This document shows positions 19,622 through 30,022 of a stretch of 64,000 bases of DNA, in pieces (within the stretch, counting starts at the first letter, position 1; every line of letters starts with the position of its first letter). A model generated the notes under the pieces. That model was not told the DNA's origin, searched no databases, and worked only from the letters and a program-made list of their open reading frames with translations. A program made the translations under genes and the position numbers. Source of the stretch: Candidatus Cloacimonadales bacterium (GTDB taxonomy: Bacteria > Cloacimonadota > Cloacimonadia > Cloacimonadales > JAFGVF01); NCBI GenBank assembly GCA_963678315.1, contig OY782781.1, positions 1,088,001-1,152,000 on the forward strand. Reading direction: 5' to 3'.

Positions 19622-20386
19622 TTATGTCGCCCTTTCAGGGCTTGAATTTTGTATGCTAACATACATGGGGTACAAGACCCCATGCTTAGTATATGTCACC
19701 CCTTCGGGGTTGTTAAAATCCAGATTTTGCTAACATACATGGGGTACAAGACTCAGTCAAAGCCTGACACGGCCCTGGCTTAGTATATGCCACCCCTTCG
19801 GGACTAAATAGCAAATAAGTCAACTATCCACGAATGGCCCTAATAAACACGAATAAAAGAATACAAAAAACATATTTAACACAAAGACACAAAAAAACAC
19901 TAAGCTACACAAATCCAGACCATAAACAATTAAACATCTAAACTCGTAAACATCTTATCTGTTAAATCAGTGTTTTCAGTGTTCTATTGTCTTTCTCTTT
20001 TCATTATTAATTTATCATTTTTAATTTATTTTATGCCACCCCTTCGGGACTCAATTCATTTATGTCATGTTACATGGGGTACAAGACTCAGTCAAAGCCT
20101 GACACAGCCCTGGCTTAGTATATGCCACCCCTTCGGGACTAAATAGCAAATAAGTCAACTATCCACGAATGGCCCTAATAAACACGAATAAAAGAATACA
20201 AAAAACATATTTAACACAAAGACACAAAAAAACACTAAGCTACACAAATCCAGACCATAAACAATTAAACATCTAAACTCGTAAACATCTTATCTGTTAA
20301 ATCAGTGTTTTCAGTGTTCTATTGTCTTTCTCTTTTCATTATTAATTTATCATTTTTAATTTATTTTATGTCACCCCTTCGGGGTT
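19622..20386. repeat. Inverted family B repeats plus a direct duplication with 335-bp period
   Basis: TTATGTCGCCCTTTCAGGG / TATGCCACCCCTTCGGG; GGACTAAATAGCAAATAAG at 19801 and 20136. Confidence 0.9.
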
Positions 20387-20441
20387 TTAATGGATAGAGT
20401 TTGATTCTAACACTTTAGCTATACTAGCCAGCTAACCTACA

Positions 20442-21905
20442 TTAAAACTGTCTAATAGTCCAATCAAGAGTGTTTTGCAACAGCTGATCTGGTGGATTTT
20501 TAATGAATTCTTGTTCCATCATCATTTTCATTAAAGAGCGAGCTTCTTCAATATCATGCTTTGCAATCTGGAATACTTCCTCAAAGCTCAAATCGACATT
20601 TGCAACTCCATCTTGGATTGCTTGCATGGCAACATCAGCCGCTTCTTGCGGGAATACTTGGGCTTCACTCATTGTAGGGATTATATTGTCAGGTGAAATT
20701 CCTCTTTTTTCTGCATAATCGGCTAAAGAATAAGCTGATCTAATAGCCATGTTATCTGTGATTTTTCTTGCTCTTACAGTTAAAGCACCTTTTAATATGC
20801 CTGGGAACCCTAATGAGTTATTAACTTGATTAGGGAAATCTCCTCTACCTGTTGCTGTTATGAAAGCACCTGCTTCTTTAGCAGCATAAGGATATATTTC
20901 AGGAACTGGATTAGCACAGGTAAACACGATAGCTTTTTCATTCATCATTTTAATCCATTCAGGTTTAACAGTATCTGGACCTGGTTTAGAAACAGCAATT
21001 AAAACATCAGCACCTTTCATAGCTACTTCTATGTCTTTGATTTTTTTAGGATTAGTTTTCTGACACAGTTCCCACTGTCTGTAGGCTAGTGGATTGCTTT
21101 CAAAGTCTTTTCTGTCTGAATCTAAAGCTCCATCAGCATCGAAGATTACCATGTCTTGACCAGACATTCCTGCTTTAAGAAGAATTGAGGCAATTGTAGA
21201 ATTAGCAGCACCAGCTCCAAGTAAAACAGCTTTAACAGAATCTATCTTCTTGTTAGCTAATTTTAGAGCATTAATAAGACCTGCTAGGGTTACAGAAGCT
21301 GTTCCTTGCGCATCATCATGCCAAACAGGAATATGGCAATCTTCTCTAAGTGAATCAAGAACTTTGTAGCAATTAGGTTGAGAAATATCTTCTAGATTCA
21401 CAGCACCAAAAGAAGGTTCAATCATCTTTACGAAATCAATCAGTTTATCTGGATCTGGATTGCCATTCTTATCTCTATTATTTACACATAATGCTACAGC
21501 ATCAATACCGCCGAGATACTTCATTAAAAAGGCTTTACCTTCCATGACACCTAGTCCACCGTGTGAACCGCAATCACCATCTCCCAACACCCTAGTTGAA
21601 TCAGAAACTACAGCAACTAAGTTACTTTTGTTAGAAAGATTATAGGCTTCAAGTTTATTGTCTCTGATTGTAGTAGAAACCTGAGAAACTCCAGGAGTGT
21701 ACCACACATTGAACCAGTTAAAACCATAAACTCCGGCTTTGGGAACTGTCTGCATTTTACCTTTATAGAATCTATGAGCATCTTCAGATAGCTTCTTCAA
21801 AAAGACTGTTTGAGCTTTTGCTTTCTGCTCTGCTGTAAAATGCTCTGGGAAAACATCACGTAAATTTGATAAATCTAGATTTAACTTCTTCATTATAATC
21901 CTCAC
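20442..21905 (-). CDS. NAD(P)-dependent malic enzyme
   Basis: YTPGV, VMEGKA, NLEDI, HDDAQGT, GAGAA, ANPVPEI, TGRGDFPNQVNN. Confidence 0.93.
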   Translation of the reverse strand: MRIIMKKLNLDLSNLRDVFPEHFTAEQKAKAQTVFLKKLSEDAHRFYKGKMQTVPKAGVYGFNWFNVWYTPGVSQVSTTIRDNKLEAYNLSNKSNLVAVVSDSTRVLGDGDCGSHGGLGVMEGKAFLMKYLGGIDAVALCVNNRDKNGNPDPDKLIDFVKMIEPSFGAVNLEDISQPNCYKVLDSLREDCHIPVWHDDAQGTASVTLAGLINALKLANKKIDSVKAVLLGAGAANSTIASILLKAGMSGQDMVIFDADGALDSDRKDFESNPLAYRQWELCQKTNPKKIKDIEVAMKGADVLIAVSKPGPDTVKPEWIKMMNEKAIVFTCANPVPEIYPYAAKEAGAFITATGRGDFPNQVNNSLGFPGILKGALTVRARKITDNMAIRSAYSLADYAEKRGISPDNIIPTMSEAQVFPQEAADVAMQAIQDGVANVDLSFEEVFQIAKHDIEEARSLMKMMMEQEFIKNPPDQLLQNTLDWTIRQF

Positions 21906-22084
21906 TGACTTGATAATTCAGCTTTGTTGTAAGCATCTTTTAGTCAAGAAATATTGAATGAAAAATCCTCAAAAGAACATTGAACACATGTTGAAAACAT
22001 CTGCTGAACTCACAAGATTTCAACATTAAACCTAGTGCATTATTTGGGTTGAAAGCCTTTTTTTAGAAGGATAATATACTTCAG

Positions 22085-22150
22085 CCTTAATAGCCTCCTT
22101 GAAAAAGTGGCCTTTTTTTAAGGTGGGGCATAGGCAAGAAGGGAGTTAGG
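22085..22150 (-). repeat. Dispersed hairpin repeat, family E
   Basis: Reverse complement aligns with 5281-5341 and 51130-51206. Confidence 0.65.
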
Positions 22151-22161
22151 AGTGAGGACAA

Positions 22162-22238
22162 ACTGGGAACGCTGTGCCTTTACTGGGAACGCTGGCTGCT
22201 AGCCGGCCTACACTGGGAACGCTGCCGGATAGCCGGCC
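22162..22238 (+). repeat. Family C REP array (3 units)
   Basis: ACTGGGAACGCT followed by GC-rich hairpin variants. Confidence 0.9.
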
Positions 22239-22303
22239 AACACTTTTTCATTGACAAAAAACAAAAACCATTCCCTATTATATAAATGACAATGGGAGGA
22301 CAA

Positions 22304-22825
22304 ATGCATAAGTTGAAAGGTATGTTTGATAGAGGGTATTTACCACACTATGATTTTGATCATTTATATCAATTTATTACTTATAGGTTATATGATTCTG
22401 TTCCAAAAGATGTAATTGCTTCTTGGAAAGACGAATTGATAAATAATGATAAACTAACGGATATAGAAAGAAGAATAGTTTTAGAAAGAAAAATTCATAA
22501 ATATGAGGATGCTGGACATGGATGTTGTTATTTAAGATTGCCTAAAGTAAATCAAATTGTAGAAGAAAATCTATTATTTCATAATGGTAAAAAATATGAT
22601 ATGATTGAATATAAAATAATGCCAAACCATGTTCATGTTCTGATCAGAGTAATTGAAAATAAAAGCTTGTCAACAATTGTTCATTCTTGGAAATCATACA
22701 CTTCTAAAGAAATCAATAAATTATTAAATCGTAGTGGACAGGTGTGGATGAGAGAGTATTATGATAGATATATTAGAAATCAACAGCATTTTGCAAAAGT
22801 AATTGAGTATATAAGGAATAATTAG
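22304..22825 (+). CDS. REP-associated tyrosine transposase (RAYT-like, Y1 HUH)
   Basis: RGYLPH, QFITYRLYDS, IMPNHVH, SWKSY, WMREYYDRYIRN, terminal YIRNN; flanked by inverted REP arrays. Confidence 0.9.
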   Translation: MHKLKGMFDRGYLPHYDFDHLYQFITYRLYDSVPKDVIASWKDELINNDKLTDIERRIVLERKIHKYEDAGHGCCYLRLPKVNQIVEENLLFHNGKKYDMIEYKIMPNHVHVLIRVIENKSLSTIVHSWKSYTSKEINKLLNRSGQVWMREYYDRYIRNQQHFAKVIEYIRNN

Positions 22826-22851
22826 TTATCATTTATAACTTTGTTATAAAT

Positions 22852-23058
22852 TAGCCGGCTAGCAGCCAGCGTTCCCAGTATTGGCCGGCTATCCGGCAGT
22901 AGCCGGACTAAAGGCACAGCGTTCCCAGTAGAAGCCGGCACGGAGGCCAGCGTTCCCAGTGTTGGCCGGCTATCTGGCAGTGGCCGGACTAAAGGCACAG
23001 CGATCCCAGTAAAAGCCGGCTATCCGGCAGTGGCCGGCTAGCAGCCAGCGTTCCCAGT
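22852..23058 (-). repeat. Family C REP array, inverted
   Basis: GCCGGCTAGCAGCCAGCGTTCCCAGT and variants. Confidence 0.9.
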
Positions 23059-23106
23059 ATATCATAAATGTTACTAAGCTAATATTAAGTAAGAGGTAAG
23101 TTAAAC

Positions 23107-24402
23107 ATGAAAGATGAGATATTTCAAGAAGAAAGCTATGAAATCCCTTTAGCAGAGCGAATGCGTCCTAATGAGATAAAGTCTGTCTTAGGGCAAGAAC
23201 ACTTGCTAGAATATGGGTCTTTACTCATGAAGATGATTATATCCGATAAGATTAAATCATTTATAATGTGGGGACCTCCAGGCTGTGGTAAAACAACAAT
23301 AGCCAAGATAATCAAAGCAAGAACACAGAAAGAGTTTCTAGAATTCTCTGCAGTTCTTTCTGGTATCAAAGAAGTGAAAGATGTAATGCTTGATGCTGAA
23401 AAGAGATTTAAACTCACCCATCAACCAACAATTATCTTTATAGATGAAATACATCGATTCAATAAGTCTCAGCAGGATGCTTTTCTACCATTTGTAGAGG
23501 CTGGTACTGTTGTTTTGATTGGTGCTACTACAGAAAACCCTTCTTTTGAAGTAATCTCTGCTTTATTATCAAGGTGTCATGTCTTTGTGCTAAAGAACCT
23601 TTCGGTTCAAGATATGCTTCACATTCTTGAAAATGCTAAAGAAAAATATTATCCAAGTTTACCTCAAGAGATTCTATTGTATATAGCTAATGCTAGTGGG
23701 GGAGATGCAAGAAGAGGACTAAACTATCTTGATATGTTGTGCAGTGTTGAAGAAAACTATCAGGATCTGACTTTAGAGAAGGCAAAATCAATACTTAAGA
23801 AGAAGTCAATGTTCTATGATAAAGACAGGGAAGAACATTATAACGTAATATCAGCACTCCATAAATCACTGAGAGGTAGTGACCCCCAAGCAGGCTTATA
23901 TTGGCTTGCTCGAATGTTAGAAGCAGGCGATGACCCTATGTACATAGCAAGAAGACTTGTTCGCTTTGCTACAGAAGATGTAGGACTTGCTGATCCCAAT
24001 GCTATCACACAAGCAATAGCCTGTAAAGAAGCTGTCCATTTCTTAGGAATGCCAGAAGCAAATACTGCATTAGGGCAACTTGTAGTCTATCTGGCTACAG
24101 CCCCTAAAAGCAATTCTGTCTATTCTGCTTATAAACAAGCAAAGATATCCGCTAATGAAACTTCCCATCTAGGAGTCCCTATTCATATAAGAAACGCCCC
24201 AACCAAACTTATGAAAGAACTAGATTATGGAAGTGAATATAAATATGACCATGATTATGAAAATGCCTATTACTATCAGAAATACTTCCCAGACTTAATG
24301 AAAGAAGAAGTCTTCTACCAACCATCTAAATTCGGTTTTGAAAAAGATATTCAGAAACGCCTTGATTGGTGGAAGAAACTTAAAGAGACACAAGAGGAGT
24401 GA
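23107..24402 (+). CDS. rarA: Replication-associated recombination protein A (RarA/MgsA)
   Basis: PLAERMRP, WGPPGCGKTT, IDEIHRFNKSQQD, GATTENPSF, SALHKSLRGSD, APKSNS. Confidence 0.97.
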   Translation: MKDEIFQEESYEIPLAERMRPNEIKSVLGQEHLLEYGSLLMKMIISDKIKSFIMWGPPGCGKTTIAKIIKARTQKEFLEFSAVLSGIKEVKDVMLDAEKRFKLTHQPTIIFIDEIHRFNKSQQDAFLPFVEAGTVVLIGATTENPSFEVISALLSRCHVFVLKNLSVQDMLHILENAKEKYYPSLPQEILLYIANASGGDARRGLNYLDMLCSVEENYQDLTLEKAKSILKKKSMFYDKDREEHYNVISALHKSLRGSDPQAGLYWLARMLEAGDDPMYIARRLVRFATEDVGLADPNAITQAIACKEAVHFLGMPEANTALGQLVVYLATAPKSNSVYSAYKQAKISANETSHLGVPIHIRNAPTKLMKELDYGSEYKYDHDYENAYYYQKYFPDLMKEEVFYQPSKFGFEKDIQKRLDWWKKLKETQEE

Positions 24403-24408
24403 GGAGTT

Positions 24409-24510
24409 ACTGGGAACGCTCGGCCTCCGTGCCGGTCTCTTGAAACTGGGAACGCTCGGCTGCTAGCCGGTCTCTTGAAACTGGGAACGCCGGCTGCTAG
24501 CCGGTCTCTT
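24409..24510 (+). repeat. Family C REP tandem array, left part (3 units of about 35 bp)
   Basis: ACTGGGAACGC(T)CGGC...GCCGGTCTCTTGAA units. Confidence 0.92.
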
Positions 24511-24579
24511 TGTCAAGAGAAGTTTAAAATGTTACACTTTTGGAAGTATAAACTGTTACACTTTGGTTAAAAAAATAAG

Positions 24580-25308
24580 TTAAATTTTACCTTTCATTCT
24601 ATAGCTATCACCATCCATCGTGATTAGCTGTGCATGGTGTAGAAGTCTATCTAATATTGCTGAAGTAATAACATTATCTCCAAAAGCAGATCCCCACTCT
24701 TGAAATAGTTTGTTTGATGTTATAACAATAGATCTAAATTCATATAGTTCGCTAACTAGTTTAAAGAACATACTTGAAGATATTTCCTTTATTGGTAAAT
24801 AGCCGATTTCATCAATAATTATTAATTCATTTTTACATAGTTTCTTAATAAACTCTTTCAGGCTTTTCTCATTGGATGCTATTAACATATCATCTAGTAA
24901 ATCATTAAATGTGTAAAATTTTACATTATATCCCTTTTGTATTGCTTCATATCCCAAAGCTAATGCTATATGCGTTTTACCAACTCCAGGAGGTCCCATA
25001 AATATCTTATTTTCTCTGTTATCTATCCAATCAAAATCCAACCACTCATTGACCATCCTTTTAGTTACACTGTGTTGATATTTATAATCAAACTCTTCAA
25101 ATGTCTTTACTGAAGGGAAATTTGACCTTTTTATTTTTAGCTTAATAGCTGTTTGATTTCTGCTATTAACTTCATTTCTGATAATATACGATAAAAACTG
25201 CTGATTAGAGAGTTCTTTCTCTCTTCCATGCTGTAAATATGATTCAATGTTATTGAGTATATGTCGACACCTTATCCTGAATAAATCTTTCTTTAATTGT
25301 TCCATCAT
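24580..25308 (-). CDS. istB: IS21 helper ATPase IstB
   Basis: GPPGVGKTH, IIDEIGY, ITSNK, AILDRLLHH, GDSYR. Confidence 0.95.
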   Translation of the reverse strand: MMEQLKKDLFRIRCRHILNNIESYLQHGREKELSNQQFLSYIIRNEVNSRNQTAIKLKIKRSNFPSVKTFEEFDYKYQHSVTKRMVNEWLDFDWIDNRENKIFMGPPGVGKTHIALALGYEAIQKGYNVKFYTFNDLLDDMLIASNEKSLKEFIKKLCKNELIIIDEIGYLPIKEISSSMFFKLVSELYEFRSIVITSNKLFQEWGSAFGDNVITSAILDRLLHHAQLITMDGDSYRMKGKI

Positions 25309-26789
25309 TTTTTTACCATCCTATCATAATCTGATAAATCTCTTGCTAGTTTTGAACTACTTGTGTTATTATTACTTTGGTTGTTTTGTATATAATCATT
25401 TATCTTTAATTGCTTTGTGAGAGCTTCAAGAACATTTTCAACTTTGCTTGCGCGTAGTTGTGAAAATGCTAAAGATTGATTAATTACAAAATTCCAGTCA
25501 AGACGGTTATATTCATTATATAGCCGTCTTATTGCTCTTAATTGTTCTCGTGGGTGACTTGTGTTTTCTTTTAAAATCCTGGTCACAAAAACGTCATAAT
25601 TTTGATATCCTTTCAGAAGTTCTAAAACGTCATCCTTTAGAGTTTCTAATTTTTCTGAATAATCAATATAATGTGCTTGATTTATAGTCGGCTTTGACTT
25701 TCCATATTTTACAGAATGACTAGCTACTTGTGCTAGTGTTAAGCTATCTATTATCAAAAGTTTGCTATTTAATTCTTCTACTAAAACTTCTTTTTTTTGA
25801 TAAATATAAGGAACTGAATATTTATTACCTTTCCAAGATATTATTCCTTGTTTATCTACTTTTCTCAATACTCTATTGTTTGGTATATAAGTTCTCATTA
25901 AATCCTTTTCAGCTTTAAATACTTCTGTCGGAATTTCTAAAGTTGTGCTATGCTCTCTATTATTTACCATTTCAAACCAATCTTTTGAACGCATTTCTAT
26001 CTCACTTAACCCTGAAAACTTATCTCCATAAAGAAAATCTTCTTTTACTTCTCTTACATGGCGTTCCACAAGTCCTTTAGTTTGAGGGTCATAACCTTCG
26101 CATATATAATAGTTTAAATTGTGTTTGTTTAGGAACTGTTCAAATAGTTTATTTAACCATACTTCCCTATATTTTTCTCTTATTACAACTAACTTTGTTT
26201 GGTCATAAACTAATTGCTTTGGTAAGCATCTAAAATAATTAAAACAGGCTTCATGAGCTTGTATAAAATCATTAGTATTATATGGTCTTAATTGGAAATG
26301 AGCATACACCATTCTTGAGTATGAGATTTTAAAGGCTACAAAATAAACTTTTATCTTTTCACCTGTTGTGAGTAATACTTTTTGTTCTCCCGGATCTACT
26401 TGTATCTGTACTCCTGGTTCATACGTTACAGGGGTAAAATAACGTCTACAACGAGGCTTTATTGCTTCTTTGAGTTTATTTATGTAATTCGAAAATGCTC
26501 GCTCTGATATAACTATATCGGGGTATTTCTTTTGGAATTTACGATGAAGTTTGGTTGTGCGTATTCGTGGATATTCCTTAATCCAAAGGCTTAACAACTC
26601 TTTATAAGACTCTAAAATACTGTTTCGTCTAAAGATATTGCTCTTATATTCTGTATAATCTTTTAACGACATCTTTCTGAACTTCTGCACTGTCGTTGGT
26701 GATATAGCTAATTGCCTAGCTGTTTCTCTTACACTTAAGTTTAAATTCTGACACGATTTTATCTTGTGATACATGCTTTCCTCTATCAT
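25305..26789 (-). CDS. istA: IS21 DDE transposase IstA
   Basis: N-terminal HTH; QIQVD, LVYDQ, TKGLVER; stop overlaps the istB start. Confidence 0.92.
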   Translation of the reverse strand: MIEESMYHKIKSCQNLNLSVRETARQLAISPTTVQKFRKMSLKDYTEYKSNIFRRNSILESYKELLSLWIKEYPRIRTTKLHRKFQKKYPDIVISERAFSNYINKLKEAIKPRCRRYFTPVTYEPGVQIQVDPGEQKVLLTTGEKIKVYFVAFKISYSRMVYAHFQLRPYNTNDFIQAHEACFNYFRCLPKQLVYDQTKLVVIREKYREVWLNKLFEQFLNKHNLNYYICEGYDPQTKGLVERHVREVKEDFLYGDKFSGLSEIEMRSKDWFEMVNNREHSTTLEIPTEVFKAEKDLMRTYIPNNRVLRKVDKQGIISWKGNKYSVPYIYQKKEVLVEELNSKLLIIDSLTLAQVASHSVKYGKSKPTINQAHYIDYSEKLETLKDDVLELLKGYQNYDVFVTRILKENTSHPREQLRAIRRLYNEYNRLDWNFVINQSLAFSQLRASKVENVLEALTKQLKINDYIQNNQSNNNTSSSKLARDLSDYDRMVKK

Positions 26790-26869
26790 GGTTATCCTCA
26801 AAATTTGTATTTTGAGGAGTGTACCATTTTATACTTCCATTACTGTACCACTTTATAATTCTATTAACA

Positions 26870-27117
26870 GTCTCTTGAAGCTGTGAGCGACGGCCTCCGT
26901 GCCGGTCTCTTGAAACTGGGAACGCCGGCCTCCGTGCCGGTCTCTTGAAACTGGGAACGCTCGGCCTCCGTGCCGGTCTCTTGAAACTGGGAACGCCGGC
27001 CTCCAGTCGGTCTCTTGAAACTGTGAGCACCGGCCTCTGTGCCGGTTTCTTGAAACTGGGAACGCCGGCCTCTGTGCCGGTCTCTTGAAACTGGGAGCGC
27101 CGGCCTCCGTGCCGGCT
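26870..27117 (+). repeat. Family C REP tandem array, right part (7 units of about 35 bp)
   Basis: GTCTCTTGAAACTGGGAACGCCGGCCTCCGTGCCG units without unique spacers. Confidence 0.93.
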
Positions 27118-27147
27118 AATTTATAACAAAGTTATAAATGATGACAA

Positions 27148-27669
27148 CTAATTATTCCTAATATACTCAATTGTTCTAGCAAAGTGTTCTTCATTCCTAA
27201 TAAATCTATCATAGTATTCTCTCATCCAAATCTTACCTTCAATGTTCAAAAACTTCTTTATTCTATTTGCTGAATACGATTTCCATGAGTGGACTATTGA
27301 AGATAAGCTATAGCCAATATAAACTTGTATCAAGACATGTACATGATTAGGCATTATCTTGTATTCTATCAAATCATACTTCTTGTAATTATAAAAATTT
27401 AGAACATCAACCATTAATTGCTTTACCTTAGAGATTCTAAGTATACATGCCCCATACCCCATATCCTCATATTTATGAATTCTTCTTTCTAAGATTATAC
27501 GAGTGCTTTTGTCATCTATCTTTGAATCTCTAGCTAATTCTTCCTTCCATATTTGAATAACTTCAGCTGGAACAGAATCATATAATCTAAATGTAATGAA
27601 TTGACATTTTCCATCAACATCAACATGAGGAAGATAACGCCTGTCGAAGACACCTTTAATCTTGTTCAT
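27148..27669 (-). CDS. RAYT-like Y1 transposase, close paralog of 22304-22825
   Basis: RRYLPH, QFITFRLYDS, IMPNHVH, WMREYYDRFIRN, YIRNN. Confidence 0.9.
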   Translation of the reverse strand: MNKIKGVFDRRYLPHVDVDGKCQFITFRLYDSVPAEVIQIWKEELARDSKIDDKSTRIILERRIHKYEDMGYGACILRISKVKQLMVDVLNFYNYKKYDLIEYKIMPNHVHVLIQVYIGYSLSSIVHSWKSYSANRIKKFLNIEGKIWMREYYDRFIRNEEHFARTIEYIRNN

Positions 27670-27773
27670 AAACCCTCCTTGATTGTTTATAATATTGAGA
27701 AAGAAATAATTGTCAATTTATTTTGATAAAATAGAGAAAAATTTAAACAATACTTTTATGAAAAAGTGTTAGT

Positions 27774-27898
27774 TAGCCAGCACGGAGGCTGGCGCTCCCA
27801 GTTTTAGCCAGCACGGAGGCTGGCGCTCCCAGTGTTAGTTAGCCAGCACGGAGGCTGGCGCTCCCAGTTTTAGCCAGCACGGAGGCTGGCGCTCCCAG
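27774..27898 (-). repeat. Family C REP array (4 units)
   Basis: TAGCCAGCACGGAGGCTGGCGCTCCCAG x4. Confidence 0.93.
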
Positions 27899-27904
27899 GA
27901 TAAG

Positions 27905-27934
27905 AAAAAAGACCACCCTTTCAGGTGGTCTTTT
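27905..27934 (-). terminator. Rho-independent terminator, possibly bidirectional
   Basis: AAAAAAGACCACC-ctttca-GGTGGTCTTTT. Confidence 0.85.
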
Positions 27935-27958
27935 AATTTATATGTTATTTAAAATTAA

Positions 27959-30010
27959 TTATTTAATTTTAACAACTTTATAAGATTTTGTTTGTGAAGG
28001 TGTTGTCATTCTGAAGAAATAGATACCGTTAGCAGCTCTGTTTCCTTTAGAGTCTCTACCATTCCATTGGAATGTGTGGTCGCCAGCAGAGAAGTTATCT
28101 CTTGAAACAACTTGACCTAATAGGTTATAAACAGTTACTGTTGCAGTTTCGCCTTCTTTAACTCTTAAGTCAGCTTGAGTTGAACCTGCGAATGGTGTTG
28201 GGTAAGGATTTCCAAGAACTGTTTCAGTTGGAAGTTGTGGAACGTCATTAGCTTTTACAACAACCATGAATGATTGGCTTAAGTCAACTTCATTACTTAA
28301 TTCTCTAGTTTCTAACCAGTAGTAGTAAGTACCTTCAGCAACTTCATCATCAACGAATGAATAGCTAGCTGTTTGAGTTGTATTTGTAGGAGCAATCATT
28401 GAACCATTAACTCTGATAGCATTTTCAACATCTTCTGTTTCAGCTCTAAGAACGTTGAAACCTAAAAGATTAGATTCTGATGCTGTTACCCAGTTTAATG
28501 TAACATATTCATCAGCATGTGCTACAGCTGTGAATGATGAAAGTTCAACAGGAAGTGTACCGTCAGTAACAACGATTTCACCAGCTTCTTTAGCACCTGT
28601 AAAGTCAACAGTGATTTCAAAAGATGTACCAGGAATCCAAACAGCAGGAACTATGTTACCATTAAACCATACAATACCATTAACAAATGAAGTAGGAATA
28701 ACGAAAGTATAAGCACCAGCATAACCTTGAGCTACTTGAAGAACTTGACCAATTGTACCAGAAACTGGGAAGCTAGGAATCCAATCACCAAGTTCAACAG
28801 CTGCAGGAATTTCAGGAGTCCAATCATTAGGAACAGGAACTGTTACAGTAACTGTTACAACAGGTTGACCTTCTACTACAGGAGCTGCAATTTCAGCTAC
28901 AGTTGTAAATGTTGAAGTTGGCATATCATCGCCTTCAGGATATATTCTATCTTCACCAGGAACCCATTTTGAAGCTTTAGCTGTTTTAGCTGTTTTAACA
29001 TCAGTAAGGATATAAGGTTTTACACCCCATGTGTATTCTGTATTATAAGCTAAGTTTTCCATTGTGTATGTTAATTCAGTAACATCACCCATGTCTTCGT
29101 CATTAATCCATATTTCATAACCATCAACAGCAACACCATTGTGTGTCCATGTTAAATCTACAGATTCAACAGCAACATCAGTTGCGCCATCTACAGGAGA
29201 TGTGTATGTTGCCCAGCTAGGGTTGATTATAGGCATATCCATTGTTGTGAAACCAACAGTGTTAGCTGATGCATCAAAGTCAGTAGGATATAATTTTTCT
29301 TTTGCTTCATTCATTACAAAGTAAGGTTTAACATACCATACATATAATGTAGAATAAGCTAATTCAGGATCATAAGTTAATTCAGTTACATCAGCAACCA
29401 TTGCATTGTTAACCCAAACTTCATAACCAGCAGAATAACCTTCATCAGGTGTGTTATTACCAGCTGTCCATGTCATTACTGCATCTAAAGCAACATCAAC
29501 TGCACCATTTGCAGGAGCTGTGATTGTTACTTCGTTTGGAAGTGTTGGTTCTACTGCGCCAACAGCTTTAAGCACAACAGGTGCAGCTTCAGTATGAGTA
29601 GAACTTGCACCTCTAGTAACTTGAACTTCACCTTGAGATTCAAGAGATTCACCATTAGCGTTTACAAAATTAAACTTAGCAACAACAGCTCCACTCCAAT
29701 GTTCCATTGGAGCCATTTGCACTGAAAGTTGACCAGTTGTAGGATTGTAACCAGTAGATGTTACATTTAAATCATCAGTAGCAGGCCAATTCCAATAGAT
29801 TTCACTTTTTGCTTGGCCTGGGTATACCATATCCCAAAAACCAGGAAGCACAGCTTCAGATAGGTGGTATTCAATTGCATGTAAGCCCACAACTTCTGGG
29901 ATGTCACCATTTTCATCAACAACGTTAAAGATAACAGAGTATGGCGTACCCTGTGCAAAGATAGCTGTTAATGCTAATAAAAATAATGAAATGATTAATA
30001 ATTTTTTCAT
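27959..30010 (-). CDS. Secreted acidic protein with Fn3/Ig-like repeats and FlgD-Ig/T9SS-type C-terminal domain
   Basis: Signal peptide; two P(A/V)(N/D)GA.DVA repeats; TLPVELSSFTA; PYPTPF..VYNLLGQ..WNGRD..GIYF. Confidence 0.8.
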   Translation of the reverse strand: MKKLLIISLFLLALTAIFAQGTPYSVIFNVVDENGDIPEVVGLHAIEYHLSEAVLPGFWDMVYPGQAKSEIYWNWPATDDLNVTSTGYNPTTGQLSVQMAPMEHWSGAVVAKFNFVNANGESLESQGEVQVTRGASSTHTEAAPVVLKAVGAVEPTLPNEVTITAPANGAVDVALDAVMTWTAGNNTPDEGYSAGYEVWVNNAMVADVTELTYDPELAYSTLYVWYVKPYFVMNEAKEKLYPTDFDASANTVGFTTMDMPIINPSWATYTSPVDGATDVAVESVDLTWTHNGVAVDGYEIWINDEDMGDVTELTYTMENLAYNTEYTWGVKPYILTDVKTAKTAKASKWVPGEDRIYPEGDDMPTSTFTTVAEIAAPVVEGQPVVTVTVTVPVPNDWTPEIPAAVELGDWIPSFPVSGTIGQVLQVAQGYAGAYTFVIPTSFVNGIVWFNGNIVPAVWIPGTSFEITVDFTGAKEAGEIVVTDGTLPVELSSFTAVAHADEYVTLNWVTASESNLLGFNVLRAETEDVENAIRVNGSMIAPTNTTQTASYSFVDDEVAEGTYYYWLETRELSNEVDLSQSFMVVVKANDVPQLPTETVLGNPYPTPFAGSTQADLRVKEGETATVTVYNLLGQVVSRDNFSAGDHTFQWNGRDSKGNRAANGIYFFRMTTPSQTKSYKVVKIK

Positions 30011-30022
30011 TTTCTCTCCTTT

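Larger units (their letters stand above)
24511..26869 (-). mobile_element. IS21-family insertion sequence (2359 bp) with 7-bp target duplication GTCTCTT
   Basis: TG...CA ends; imperfect IR TGTCAAGAGAAGTTTAAAATGTTACA versus TGTTAATAGAATTATAAAGTGGTACA; GTCTCTT at 24504-24510 and 26870-26876; istA and istB inside. Confidence 0.93.

Noticed and set aside
24409..27117. 35-bp tandem repeats resembling a CRISPR array
   Set aside because: Units are contiguous with no unique spacers, no cas genes are present, and they match the REPs flanking the RAYT genes
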